Source: Alphaproteobacteria bacterium (GTDB lineage: Bacteria; Pseudomonadota; Alphaproteobacteria; SP197). From it: a stretch of 50,929 bases of DNA. The stretch's first letter is position 1, and every line of letters begins with the position of its first letter. Positions 9,334 to 18,738 of this stretch are shown piece after piece. The notes beneath the pieces were generated by a model. It was not told the DNA's origin. It made no database searches and saw nothing but the letters and a program-made list of their open reading frames with translations. The stretch is from NCBI GenBank assembly GCA_022823765.1, contig JAJEHK010000255.1, positions 1-50,929 on the forward strand, written 5' to 3'. Both the position numbers and the translations under genes were made by a program.

Positions 9334-11149
9334 ACGTCTTCTCGGCGCCGGACTCGTTGCCGCCGCCATGCTGGCCACGGCCGGTGTGCGTGGTCAGGAC
9401 GCCGAACCCCTCGTCATCATTCCCCTCGAGCCGGTTGAACTCGACATCACGCCTCTCGAACCGGCTGAACCCGACGTCACGTCCTCCGGAGCGGTCGAAT
9501 CGATCGAAGTGGTTGAGGACATCGTTGATCCGGCGCCGGAGACGGTGCTGCTGCAGCCGGAAGAGCCGGCGGCTGACGGCCTCGAGGTGGATGCCCTTCC
9601 GGCCCTTGATGCCGGTCGTATGGGGACCATCGGCGAGGCGACAGGCGGATTCTCCCGAGACCTTTGGCAGAACAGTGATGGCGCCTTCATCGCCTCCCTC
9701 ATGGGCATGCTCGGATTCGGGACCGAGAGAGTGCCCGACCTGGCGCGGCGCCTGCTGCTGACCACGGCCGATCCCCCGGACGATGCGGTGGACGACTGGC
9801 TGGGGATGAGGATTGAAGCCCTGATTGCACTGGGCCTCACTGACGATGCCGCGGATCTCATGCAGCGTGCCGGGCGCCGGGCTCTGCAGGGAGCGGGCAA
9901 CAAGGGAAAGATCGACGTCCTCCTGCTTGCCGGCGATGGCGAGGAGGCATGCCAGGAGGTCCGCACGCAGCTTGACGAGAACGATGACCCCTATCTGGCC
10001 ACCGCGCTGGTGTTCTGTCAGCGCCTGGAAGGCGCCCATGCTGCCGCGGAACTGAGTCTGTCCGTGCTCCAGGATGCCGGTGTAGCCATCGACCCCCGCT
10101 ATCTGGTGCTGGACCGGGCGCTGGCGACATCCACACCCGTGGATCTCGTCACGCTTGGCAACGTCACGCCTCTCATGTTTGCCATGGCTCTCGCCGGTGC
10201 CGCGGAGGTTTCCCCCGGATTTCTCGATCACGCGTCGTTGCCCGTCCTGCGAGCGATTGCCGATCGCCCCGGACTTCCAGTCGCCCTGCGGCTCGCTGCC
10301 GCGGAGCGGGCCACAGCCCGTGGTTTCATGGCGCCGGCCGACCTTGCCTCCCTTTACCTTGAGGGCGGTCCTTCCACTGACGCGCAAGCGGACACGGTCA
10401 TTCGGGCACAGATATTCCAGGAGCTGAAGGGTGCGGTGCTGGTGGAGGACAGGGCGAGGCTCATCGCCTCGTTCGTCCAACTCGGAGCAAGGGCTCCGGA
10501 GCCCTGGGTGTTCCGGGCCGTGGCCATGGTGGCGGCCACCGAGGTTGCCACACTGGCTCCGGGTGACGGGCTTGGCTGGTTCTCGACCCAGGCGGTCCTC
10601 ACGCTGCTGGCGGCGGGAGCGGCAGAGGACGCTGCCCGTTGGTGGCCCCTCATCGAACAGCGTGCGCTCCTCGATCACGCGGCGGCGGCGGAAGCGGCCG
10701 TCTTCTGGCCGCTGCTCCGGTTGTGGATGGGCGATGACCTCCTCGACGACGGCACCGCGATGCACACCTGGTGGCGGACGGTCGTCGGAGTCGCACCGGA
10801 ACGCGCCCGTCGACTTGGAGAGCTCTACCTGGTCCTCCTCGCCGCCCTGGACGACCGGATCGCCGAGCCGATCCTGCACGATGTTCTCCTTGCCACGTCC
10901 GGCGACAGACAGTTGGTGCCGCGCGAGAGCGCCGGCGACGCCGGGCTTGTCGTGGCACTCGCCGCAGCTTCCAGGGATGGGCGTCTCGGCGAGACGCTGC
11001 TGCTCTCCTCGGTCCTCCTGGCTTCGCAGGATCCCTCCCGCGTGGACGTCCGGAGCGCCGCTGCCGTGATAGGAGCCCTGAAAGCCCTGGGGCTCGAACG
11101 CGAGGCGAGGCTTCTGGCTCTCGAGGTCGCTTTCGCCAACGCGGTCTGA
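9314..11149 (+). CDS. hypothetical exported protein: acidic Pro/Glu-rich linker followed by an Ala/Leu-rich helical region
   Basis: Long ORF (track 9239-11149). The probable start is M at 9305 or 9314, giving MTGLTTRRLLGAGLVAAAMLATAGVRG as a signal peptide. An imperfect tandem peptide PLEPVELDIT/PLEPAEPDVT follows. I recognise no catalytic motifs. Confidence 0.6.
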   Translation: MTGLTTRRLLGAGLVAAAMLATAGVRGQDAEPLVIIPLEPVELDITPLEPAEPDVTSSGAVESIEVVEDIVDPAPETVLLQPEEPAADGLEVDALPALDAGRMGTIGEATGGFSRDLWQNSDGAFIASLMGMLGFGTERVPDLARRLLLTTADPPDDAVDDWLGMRIEALIALGLTDDAADLMQRAGRRALQGAGNKGKIDVLLLAGDGEEACQEVRTQLDENDDPYLATALVFCQRLEGAHAAAELSLSVLQDAGVAIDPRYLVLDRALATSTPVDLVTLGNVTPLMFAMALAGAAEVSPGFLDHASLPVLRAIADRPGLPVALRLAAAERATARGFMAPADLASLYLEGGPSTDAQADTVIRAQIFQELKGAVLVEDRARLIASFVQLGARAPEPWVFRAVAMVAATEVATLAPGDGLGWFSTQAVLTLLAAGAAEDAARWWPLIEQRALLDHAAAAEAAVFWPLLRLWMGDDLLDDGTAMHTWWRTVVGVAPERARRLGELYLVLLAALDDRIAEPILHDVLLATSGDRQLVPRESAGDAGLVVALAAASRDGRLGETLLLSSVLLASQDPSRVDVRSAAAVIGALKALGLEREARLLALEVAFANAV

Positions 11150-11196
11150 CAGAACGGGAAGGGAGTCTCCGCATTCATGGCCCGCACGGTGCAACG

Positions 11197-12087
11197 GTGA
11201 CGAAGGACAGTCAGGGTCCGGCGGATGCCATCGGTCTCTTCCTCGAGATGATGGTGGTCGAGCGTGGCGCATCCCGCAATACGGTCGAGGCCTATCGTCG
11301 GGACCTTGCGGACCTTGCGGGCTACCTGGCGCCTGGTTCCCTTCAGGAGGCCTCGTCCGACGACATCCGCCGCTGGCTCGGCGCACTGCGCCGCCGCGGC
11401 GCCAGCGCCGGAACCGCGGCGCGGCGCATGTCGGCTACCCGCCAGTTCTACCGCTTCCTTGCCAGCGAAGAGCTGCGCGGCGACGACCCGGCTGCAAGGC
11501 TGGAGTCGCCCCGGTCCGGACCGGCCCTGCCAAGGGTGCTGTCCCAGGACCAGGTCAGCCGTTTGCTGGAGACCGCTCACAGCGGTGACCGGCCGGAAGA
11601 CCTGCGCCGGGCGGCCCTGGTGGAACTGCTCTATGCAACCGGCCTGCGTGTCTCCGAACTCGTGTCCCTGCCCGCCAGCGCGATCGAGCGCGATGCGCCC
11701 TTCATCATCGTGCGCGGAAAGGGGGGGCGTGAACGTCTCGTGCCCATTGGCGAGCGGGCCCTTCGAACCGTCAGAGCGTGGCTTGCCGTACGTCCGGGAC
11801 CGTCACCATGGCTGTTTCCCTCCCGCGGCGCTTCCGGTCACCTGACGCGCCAGTCCGCGGGCAGGATTCTGAAGCAGCTGGCCATGGACTCGTGTCTTGA
11901 CCCGGCGGCGGTCTCTCCCCACGTGCTGCGCCATGCTTTCGCCAGCCATCTCCTGGACAACGGCGCAGACCTGCGATCCGTCCAGACCATGCTGGGCCAT
12001 GCCGACATATCCACCACCCAGATCTACACCCATGTTCTCGAGGAACGCCTCAAGTCTGCCCTGGCCAGGCATCACCCTCTTTCTTGA
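11197..12087 (+). CDS. xerD: site-specific tyrosine recombinase XerD
   Basis: LFLEMMVVERGASRNTVEAYRRDL N-terminal SAM-like domain. Catalytic R (ATGLRVSEL), H..R (HVLRHAFASHL) and Y (TTQIYTHV). In-frame GTG 11197 gives about 296 aa. The 10771 start is an artefactual extension. Confidence 0.9.
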   Translation: MTKDSQGPADAIGLFLEMMVVERGASRNTVEAYRRDLADLAGYLAPGSLQEASSDDIRRWLGALRRRGASAGTAARRMSATRQFYRFLASEELRGDDPAARLESPRSGPALPRVLSQDQVSRLLETAHSGDRPEDLRRAALVELLYATGLRVSELVSLPASAIERDAPFIIVRGKGGRERLVPIGERALRTVRAWLAVRPGPSPWLFPSRGASGHLTRQSAGRILKQLAMDSCLDPAAVSPHVLRHAFASHLLDNGADLRSVQTMLGHADISTTQIYTHVLEERLKSALARHHPLS

Positions 12088-12150
12088 CAGCCACCAGTGG
12101 CGCGAGGCATGGACTTGTGCCACTCGTTCACCCCGGGGGAGAACCGGATC

Positions 12151-13131
12151 ATGAGTTTCACCATCATCGACGCCGCTCCGGCTCGGCTCAATCGCAGCGA
12201 GCTCGCTGTCCCGGGAAGCCGCACGGAGCTCTTTGCCAAGGCAGCGGCCGGCGATGCCGACGTCGTCTTTCTCGATCTCGAGGATGCGGTTGCGCCGGAC
12301 GACAAGCCGCAGGCCAGGAAGAACGTGATCGAGGCTGTCAATGACCTCGACTGGGGCTCCAAGACTCTTTCCGTGCGCATCAACGGGCTCGATACCCACT
12401 ACATGTACCGTGATGTCGTGGACGTGATCGAACAGACCGATGGCCGGCTGGATCTCATCATGATCCCCAAGGTCGGAACGCCAGCCGATGTCTATGCAGT
12501 CGACATGCTCGTCACCCAGGTCGAGGACGCGATGGCGCGCACGAAGCGGATCGGCTTCGAGCTCATCATCGAAACGGCACTCGGCATGTCCAACGTCGAG
12601 GCGATTGCCGGTGCCAGCGGACGCAACGAGAGCCTGCATTTTGGTGTGGCTGACTATGCCGCCTCGACGCGTGCCCGCATGACAACCATCGGCGGCCCCA
12701 ATCCCCTCTATGGCGTGCTGACCGACGCCGAGGGCGACGCCCCACGGGACTTTCACTGGGGAGACATGTGGCACTTCGCCATCTCCCGCATGGTCGTGGC
12801 GGCCCGGGCACGGGGTCTGAGGCCCATCGACGGCCCCTTCGGCGACTTCCGGGACGCCGACGGCTATCGCGCCCAGGCCAACCGGGCTGCTGCCCTGGGG
12901 TGCGAGGGCAAGTGGGCCATTCATCCGGGGCAGATTCCCCTTGCCAACGAAGTGAACAGCCCCTCCGAAAAGGAGGTGACCCAGGCGCAGCGAATTCTCG
13001 AAGCCATGGACAAGGCGCAAAGGGAAGGCCAGGGCGCGGTCTCCCTGGACGGCAAGCTGATCGACATCGCGTCGATCAAGCAGGCCGAGGTGATGGTGCG
13101 CAAGGCCGAACAGATCAGGTCGGCCGGATAG
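12151..13131 (+). CDS. mcl: L-malyl-CoA/beta-methylmalyl-CoA lyase (HpcH/HpaI-CitE family)
   Basis: MSFTIIDAAPARLNRSELAVPGS...DLEDAVAPDDKPQAR...LSVRINGLDT...MIPKVG...GKWAIHPGQI...IDIASIKQAEV is colinear with my recollection of Rhodobacter Mcl1. ATG 12151 lies after a GGGGGAG-like RBS. Confidence 0.85.
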   Translation: MSFTIIDAAPARLNRSELAVPGSRTELFAKAAAGDADVVFLDLEDAVAPDDKPQARKNVIEAVNDLDWGSKTLSVRINGLDTHYMYRDVVDVIEQTDGRLDLIMIPKVGTPADVYAVDMLVTQVEDAMARTKRIGFELIIETALGMSNVEAIAGASGRNESLHFGVADYAASTRARMTTIGGPNPLYGVLTDAEGDAPRDFHWGDMWHFAISRMVVAARARGLRPIDGPFGDFRDADGYRAQANRAAALGCEGKWAIHPGQIPLANEVNSPSEKEVTQAQRILEAMDKAQREGQGAVSLDGKLIDIASIKQAEVMVRKAEQIRSAG

Positions 13132-13150
13132 GGACAGCGTCGCCACCGTC

Positions 13151-14107
13151 ATGCGTCTGGCACTGGAATTCGAGCGGCCTATCGTCGAGCTCGAAAGCAA
13201 GATCGAGGAGCTTCGCCGGCTGTCGGTCGACGATGGCGTCAACATTGTGGACGAGGTCAATCGTCTGGAGACGAAGCTCGACCGTCTCCTCGTTCAGACC
13301 TATGGCAAACTCAGCCCGTGGCAGAAGACTCAGGTCGCCAGGCACCCGGCACGCCCCCACACGTCGGTCTTCATCTCGTCGCTCATCGAGGATTTCGTCC
13401 CGTTCGCCGGAGACCGTCTCTATGGCGAGGATCCCGCCATGCTGGCGGGGATCGGTACCTTCAACGGGCGTCCGGTGGTGGTCATGGGCCACGAGAAAGG
13501 CAACGACACGGACAGCAGGGTCCGGCACAACTTCGGCATGGCGCGTCCCGAGGGCTATCGCAAGGCTGCCCGGCTGATGCGCCTGGCGGACCGTTTTGGC
13601 CTGGCGGTGATCACCTTTGTCGATACCGCCGGTGCCTATCCGGGAATCGGTGCCGAAGAGAGGGGGCAGGCGGAAGCCATCGCCCGATGCATCGAGACCT
13701 GCCTCACCATCCAGGTGCCGCTGGTGTCCGTGGTGATCGGTGAGGGTGGCTCTGGAGGGGCCATCGCCATTGCCGTGGCGGATCGTGTGCTCATGCTCGA
13801 ACATGCTGTCTATTCCGTGATCTCTCCGGAAGGATGCGCCTCCATCCTGTGGCGCAGCAGCGATGAGGCCGAGACGGCTGCCAATGCCCTGAAGCTGACC
13901 GCCAGCGATCTGGAGGGACTGAAGATCATCGACCATGTCGTGAAGGAGCCGCTGGGCGGCGCCCACCGCGATCCCGACGCCGCCATACGCACAGCCTCCG
14001 AGGCCATTGCCGCCGCCTTGGAAGAACTCGATCCTCTCGATGGCGATGCCCTCGTCGCCGGACGCCGCGACAAGTTCATGAAGATGGGCCGCCATCTCTC
14101 CGCGTGA
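13151..14107 (+). CDS. accA: acetyl-CoA carboxylase carboxyltransferase subunit alpha
   Basis: 318 aa. LEFERPIVELESKIEELR, ARHPARP, FVDTAGAYPGIGAEERGQAEAIA and VIGEGGSGGALA-type motifs. Confidence 0.95.
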   Translation: MRLALEFERPIVELESKIEELRRLSVDDGVNIVDEVNRLETKLDRLLVQTYGKLSPWQKTQVARHPARPHTSVFISSLIEDFVPFAGDRLYGEDPAMLAGIGTFNGRPVVVMGHEKGNDTDSRVRHNFGMARPEGYRKAARLMRLADRFGLAVITFVDTAGAYPGIGAEERGQAEAIARCIETCLTIQVPLVSVVIGEGGSGGAIAIAVADRVLMLEHAVYSVISPEGCASILWRSSDEAETAANALKLTASDLEGLKIIDHVVKEPLGGAHRDPDAAIRTASEAIAAALEELDPLDGDALVAGRRDKFMKMGRHLSA

Positions 14108-14218
14108 CGCTCGGCACCTCGGAAACCACTGGGCCCCCGGCACCTCACTTGCCGCGCTTCCCGAGGGGACTTGCACCCGACGATGTCGTCGGCTACCTAG
14201 ACGCCTGAAAAGGCTGGT

Positions 14219-14295
14219 GCACCCCTAGCTCAACTGGATAGAGCACCTGACTACGGATCAGGAGGTTGGGGGTTCGAATCCTCCGGGGTGCGCCA
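14219..14295 (+). tRNA. tRNA-Arg (anticodon ACG), CCA encoded
   Basis: Folded by hand: acceptor GCACCCC/GGGGTGC, D arm GCTC-AACTGGATA-GAGC, anticodon arm CCTGA-CTACGGA-TCAGG (ACG), variable AGGTT, T arm GGGGG-TTCGAAT-CCTCC, discriminator G, CCA. Confidence 0.95.
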
Positions 14296-14380
14296 GTCTT
14301 TTTGGGTCTATAAGACTTCGATCTCATGCCAGGCATGATACCGCCCCCGTTGGGGTGCGGAATGTCATGTCGCGGCCTTG

Positions 14381-15109
14381 TCAGCGGACCACCAGGGCGA
14401 GAGCGACGAGGACGAGCAGCACCGTGACGAGCCTGCGGAAGAGCTGCTCCGGCACGCGTCCCGCGATTACCTGACCCAGGAAGGTCCCGGCGACAACGGG
14501 CGCTGCCAGCCACAGGCATTCGTCGACGACCCGGTACGGGACGCCCTCTGTGATGCCCTGCAGGGCCAGGGCTGCCGGATAGCAGACCAGGGCGACGATG
14601 AGCAGGGTGGCGCGTGTCCGCGCCTTCTTCAGTCCGCTGGCCGAGGCCCAGGCGGCAACTGCAGGACCGGGCATGGCGAGTGTCGCCGTCATGGCGCCGC
14701 TCATCAGACCGGTCAGCAGGCGGCCCGCGACGCTGTTTCGACGGACCATGACCCTGCGTTCGTGGACCCCTGTCGAAAGGACCGCCATGGCCAGCACCGC
14801 CACGGCCGCCCCCCACTTGAGATCGTCCACCGTCGCAGCGGCGAAGATGAGGGTGCCCACGACCAGCCCGGCGGCAGCGCCGCCCAGGAGATGCTTGAGC
14901 AGGGCCGCATCGGCCGCGTCGAGAGACCTGCGGACCAGTATCAGCGATGGAATGGTAGAAAGCACGATGGTCACCTGGATGGCCGCCGTATCGCCCATGG
15001 CGATCAGCAGGACCGGTCCGGCGATGATGCCGAACCCCATGCCTGTGGCTGCCTGGAGAAGCGCCGCCAGGAACACCACGGCGATGACGGCAAGCGCAAT
15101 GGCCGTCAT
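14381..15109 (-). CDS. sulfite exporter TauE/SafE family membrane protein
   Basis: 242-aa polytopic protein rich in Gly/Ala/Leu. It has the two-fold repeat and length typical of TauE/SafE (DUF81). Confidence 0.7.
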   Translation of the reverse strand: MTAIALAVIAVVFLAALLQAATGMGFGIIAGPVLLIAMGDTAAIQVTIVLSTIPSLILVRRSLDAADAALLKHLLGGAAAGLVVGTLIFAAATVDDLKWGAAVAVLAMAVLSTGVHERRVMVRRNSVAGRLLTGLMSGAMTATLAMPGPAVAAWASASGLKKARTRATLLIVALVCYPAALALQGITEGVPYRVVDECLWLAAPVVAGTFLGQVIAGRVPEQLFRRLVTVLLVLVALALVVR

Positions 15110-15125
15110 GCGGTACTTCGGCGTG

Positions 15126-16751
15126 TCACAGGGACGCGGCCCGTTCCCTCAGGACAAACTTCTGTATCTTGCCGGTGGAGGTCTTGGGGAGCTCGCCGAA
15201 CACCACGTGCTTCGGGCACTTGAAGTGCGCCAGGTTGTCCCGGCAGAAGGCAATGAGGTCGTCCGCCGCGGCCGTCATGTCGGGCCTGAGCGTGACGAAG
15301 GCGCACGGCGTTTCACCCCACATGTCGTCAGGGCGCGCCACCACCGCAGCCTCGGCCACGGCCGGATGGCGATAGAGGACGCCCTCAACCTCGATGGTCG
15401 AGATGTTCTCTCCTCCGGAGATGATGATGTCCTTGCTGCGATCCCTGATCTCGACATAGCCGTCCGGGTGGGTGACCGCCAGGTCGCCGGTGTGGAACCA
15501 CCCGCCGCGGAATGATTCGGCGCTTGCCCGGGGATTCTTGAGATAGCCGGACATGGTGATGTTGCCGCGCATCATGATCTCGCCCATGGTCTCGCCATCA
15601 GCCGGCACGGGCTCCATGAATTCCGGATCGGCCACCATCATCGCCTCCTGAACGGCATAGGTCACACCCTGGCGGGCCTTCCGGTCGGCCTGCCCGGATG
15701 CAGGCAGGTCATCCCATTCGGGATGCCAGGCACACACGGTCGCCGGTCCATAGGTTTCAGTCAGGCCGTAGACATGGGTGATGTCGATGCCGCGTGCCGC
15801 CATGCGCTCGAGGACCGCAGCCGGGGGCGCGGCGCCCGCGGTCATCATCTTCACCTGATGACGAATGCCCTGCCACAGGGCCTCGGAGCCGGCCAGCATC
15901 ATGTTCATGACGACAGGCGCGCCGCAGAGATGCGTGACTCCGTGCTCGCCGATGGCGCCCAGTATCGACTCGGCGGAGAGCGCGCGCAGGAAGACATGCG
16001 TTCCTGCCATGGCGGTCACCGTCCACGGGAAACACCAGCCGTTGCAGTGGAACATCGGCAGGGTCCACAGATAGACAGGGTGGTGCGGTATCGACCAGGT
16101 GATGGCGTTTCCGAGAGCGTTCAGATAGGCGCCGCGGTGGTGATAGACCACACCCTTGGGATTGCCGGTGGTGCCTGACGTGTAGTTCAGCGCAATCGGC
16201 TGCCATTCGTCGTCAGGTCCCGTCCACTGACCTCGTTCCTCTCCTTCTGCGAGCAATTCCTCGTAGGTGAGTTCACCGAGAAGCTGCCCTGCGCCATGGG
16301 CCTGGGGATCGTCGATATCGATGACGAGCATCCGGCGCTTCAGACCGGCAAGGGCCTCGCTCACCGTTGGTGACAAGGCCCTGTCGGTGATGAGGACGCT
16401 GGCTTCACCGTGTTCGAGAATGAAGCGGATGGCGGCGGCATCGAGGCGGATGTTGAGGGAATTGAGGACGGCGCCCGTCATCGGCACCGCAAGGCTCGCT
16501 TCGACGAATTCAGGCAGATTGGGCGCCATGATGGCCACGGTGTCACCCCTCGCCACGCCACGCCGTTGCAGCGCCGAGGCAAGCCTGCGGCAGCGCCCGG
16601 CCGTGTCGCGCCATGTCCTCTTCAGCGGGCCGTGGATCACCGCAATCCGGTCCGGCCATACCGCCGCCGTCCGGTTGAGGAACGACACGGGAGACAGTGA
16701 CACGTGGTTGGCGTCGTTTCGTCCGAGCCCTTCGGTCCAGATGTCAGCCAT
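15126..16751 (-). CDS. AMP-forming acyl-CoA synthetase (medium-chain / DmdB-like subgroup)
   Basis: YTSGTTGNPKGV AMP-binding motif, TGD and GKI.K C-terminal motifs. The N-terminus MADIWTEGLGRNDANHVSLSPVSFL.R.A.V.PDR resembles the MMPA-CoA ligase/medium-chain subgroup (from memory). Met at 16751 is chosen. The 16943 start adds a non-homologous Arg-rich extension. Confidence 0.85.
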   Translation of the reverse strand: MADIWTEGLGRNDANHVSLSPVSFLNRTAAVWPDRIAVIHGPLKRTWRDTAGRCRRLASALQRRGVARGDTVAIMAPNLPEFVEASLAVPMTGAVLNSLNIRLDAAAIRFILEHGEASVLITDRALSPTVSEALAGLKRRMLVIDIDDPQAHGAGQLLGELTYEELLAEGEERGQWTGPDDEWQPIALNYTSGTTGNPKGVVYHHRGAYLNALGNAITWSIPHHPVYLWTLPMFHCNGWCFPWTVTAMAGTHVFLRALSAESILGAIGEHGVTHLCGAPVVMNMMLAGSEALWQGIRHQVKMMTAGAAPPAAVLERMAARGIDITHVYGLTETYGPATVCAWHPEWDDLPASGQADRKARQGVTYAVQEAMMVADPEFMEPVPADGETMGEIMMRGNITMSGYLKNPRASAESFRGGWFHTGDLAVTHPDGYVEIRDRSKDIIISGGENISTIEVEGVLYRHPAVAEAAVVARPDDMWGETPCAFVTLRPDMTAAADDLIAFCRDNLAHFKCPKHVVFGELPKTSTGKIQKFVLRERAASL

Positions 16752-16828
16752 TGCGCGCCCCTCGCCAAGCCCCGTCCGATTTATCGCCGTCACCGGGATC
16801 ATTGCAAGCGGGTGACAGGCACTGCACC

Positions 16829-18442
16829 ATGACGGCCATGCAGGTGCCACGCACCACAAGACGGCCTCGCCACATCGTCGACACGTGGTATGACGCGGCG
16901 AGTGACGATCCGTCCGTCCTGCAGATCTGGGCCTATACCTCACGCCTTTCTCATCGCGTGGGCGAGATCATCGAACTCCATGTGTCGACGACCGCCGACA
17001 CCTTTGATCTCGACATTGCAAGGGACGGCCTCGAAACCGTCCCGGTTCACCACGAACCGGATCTTGCCGGCCACTGGCATGCGACTCCGCACGACGTCTC
17101 CGCCACCGGCTGTGGCTGGCCGGTTGCCTGGCGCATGACCATTCCCGTCACCTGGCGCCCCGGCGGCTACATCATCACCCTCACGGCACGGCGCGGCGAC
17201 GAGATGGTCACGTGCGACCATGTCGTCCTCGTCGGGGGCCCAGGTCATGGAGCCGGTGCGCCGGTACTCTTGCTGGCGGCGACACCGACCTGGGTTGCCT
17301 ACAACGAGTGGGGTGGCTCGAACGCCTACGAGGGAATCTCCGGCGACTCCGGCGACCGGTTCTCGACACATCTGAGCCTTCAGCGGCCGTGGTCGCGCGG
17401 CTTTGCGAGGTTGCCGCCCGGAGCGCCGCGGGCCCTTCCCGCGACGCCGCTGCCACAAGGCACGGCGGCGCGTTATCCCTACATGGAATGGGCATGGTCA
17501 CACGGCTATTCCAAGAAGTACGCGTCGGCCGGATGGGCAAGCTATGAGCGCCACATGGCGCGCTGGCTCGAGGCGGAGGGCTACGAGGTGGACGTGGCGG
17601 CGCTCCATGACATTCATGACACGCCGTCCCTGCTGCACCGCCATCGCTGCGCCGTCATCGTCGGACATGATGAATACTGGAGTCGTCCCATGCGCGATGC
17701 CATAGACAGGTTTGTCGAGGCGGGTGGCAGGGTGGCCCGGTTTGCCGGGAACTTCTTCTGGCAAGTGAGGCTGGAAGACGAAGGCCGGACCCAGGTCTGC
17801 TACAAGTACGTCGCAGTCGAGGAAGACCCCGTCATGGGCACGGCACAGGAACGTCTGGCCACCACGTCATGGGAATCGCCCGAGGTGAACTGGCCCGGAT
17901 CCCGTACCTTCGGGGTCAACGGTTCGAAGGGTATCTATGCCGGCCTTGGCCACTGTGCCGGCCGCGGCGCCAGTGGATTCACGGTCTATCGCCCGGCCCA
18001 CTGGGCATTTGCCGATTGCTGTCTCGGCTATGGCGACGTTCTCGGCGCCGACAGCAGGATCTTCGGTTACGAGGTCGACGGTCTTGACCACGTGATCCGC
18101 GATGGCCTCCCGTGGCCGGTTCCGGGCAAGGACATACCCGGCGACCTCGAGATCCTGGCCCTGGGTCCTGCTACCACCGTCGAGGCCGATTTCGGGCTGT
18201 GGGGAGAGGATCTCTACATCGCCGACCATGACAGACGTTTCCTCGCCCGCATGTTCCATGGCGCGGAAACGCCCGAGGCGCTGGAGAAGGTGACACGGGG
18301 CAGTGGCATGATCGTCACCTTTTCCAAGGGGGCCGGCGAGGTCTTCACTGCCGCCACCTGCGAGTGGGTCAACGGCCTGCGCCTCGCCGACCCCGCCGTC
18401 TGCCAGGTCACCCGCAACGTCCTCAACCGCTTTCTCGCCTGA
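16829..18442 (+). CDS. hypothetical protein, N,N-dimethylformamidase large-subunit-like (DUF6605-type); family assignment tentative
   Basis: About 537 aa from ATG 16829. The segment LLLAATPTWVAYNEWGGSNAYEG and the later HDEYWS motif resemble the DMFase beta-subunit-like family as I recall it. No small-subunit gene is adjacent. Confidence 0.55.
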   Translation: MTAMQVPRTTRRPRHIVDTWYDAASDDPSVLQIWAYTSRLSHRVGEIIELHVSTTADTFDLDIARDGLETVPVHHEPDLAGHWHATPHDVSATGCGWPVAWRMTIPVTWRPGGYIITLTARRGDEMVTCDHVVLVGGPGHGAGAPVLLLAATPTWVAYNEWGGSNAYEGISGDSGDRFSTHLSLQRPWSRGFARLPPGAPRALPATPLPQGTAARYPYMEWAWSHGYSKKYASAGWASYERHMARWLEAEGYEVDVAALHDIHDTPSLLHRHRCAVIVGHDEYWSRPMRDAIDRFVEAGGRVARFAGNFFWQVRLEDEGRTQVCYKYVAVEEDPVMGTAQERLATTSWESPEVNWPGSRTFGVNGSKGIYAGLGHCAGRGASGFTVYRPAHWAFADCCLGYGDVLGADSRIFGYEVDGLDHVIRDGLPWPVPGKDIPGDLEILALGPATTVEADFGLWGEDLYIADHDRRFLARMFHGAETPEALEKVTRGSGMIVTFSKGAGEVFTAATCEWVNGLRLADPAVCQVTRNVLNRFLA

Positions 18443-18477
18443 CAGGGAGGTTCACTGTCCCGGCGTCGGTGTGGAAC

Positions 18478-18738
18478 ATGGGCGCACCGGAAACCGACCG
18501 GGTGGAGGTCCCGAAGCCACTGACTGCGGCGGCGGTCGAGCATGACGGCAGCAGGCTGCTCGGGTTCGATCTCCGCAACCGGCGGTTTGCGGCGTTCAAG
18601 GTCGGGACGCACGAGGTCACCAATGCCCCGCAGGCAGACGCGAGTTCGTGCGGCCCTTTCCATTGTCGCCCCGGCAGGCGCAGGAACCAGTTACAGCCGG
18701 GAGCGCTCAAGCTCGATGTCGGCGTTGCGCCAAAGTGA
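18478..18738 (+). CDS. possible small ORF (86 aa) of unknown function
   Basis: Otherwise empty 250-nt convergent gap. A hand count gives about 80 percent G/C at codon position 3 in this frame, similar to real genes here. I recognise no homolog and no good RBS, and it overlaps the TPR gene 3' end by 48 nt. Confidence 0.25.
   Translation: MGAPETDRVEVPKPLTAAAVEHDGSRLLGFDLRNRRFAAFKVGTHEVTNAPQADASSCGPFHCRPGRRRNQLQPGALKLDVGVAPK

Noticed and set aside
10771-11196. N-terminal extension of XerD (track start 10771)
   Set aside because: The extension overlaps the upstream gene and is Arg-rich junk. XerD homology begins near LFLEMMVVERG, and the in-frame GTG 11197 gives the canonical length.
9215-11386. 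723-aa minus-strand ORF
   Set aside because: It is antisense to the exported protein and the xerD 5' region. It is extremely Arg/Gly/Pro-rich with no recognisable domain.
11803-14176. 485-aa and 353-aa minus-strand ORFs
   Set aside because: They are antisense to xerD/mcl and accA respectively, and both sense genes have unambiguous family motifs.
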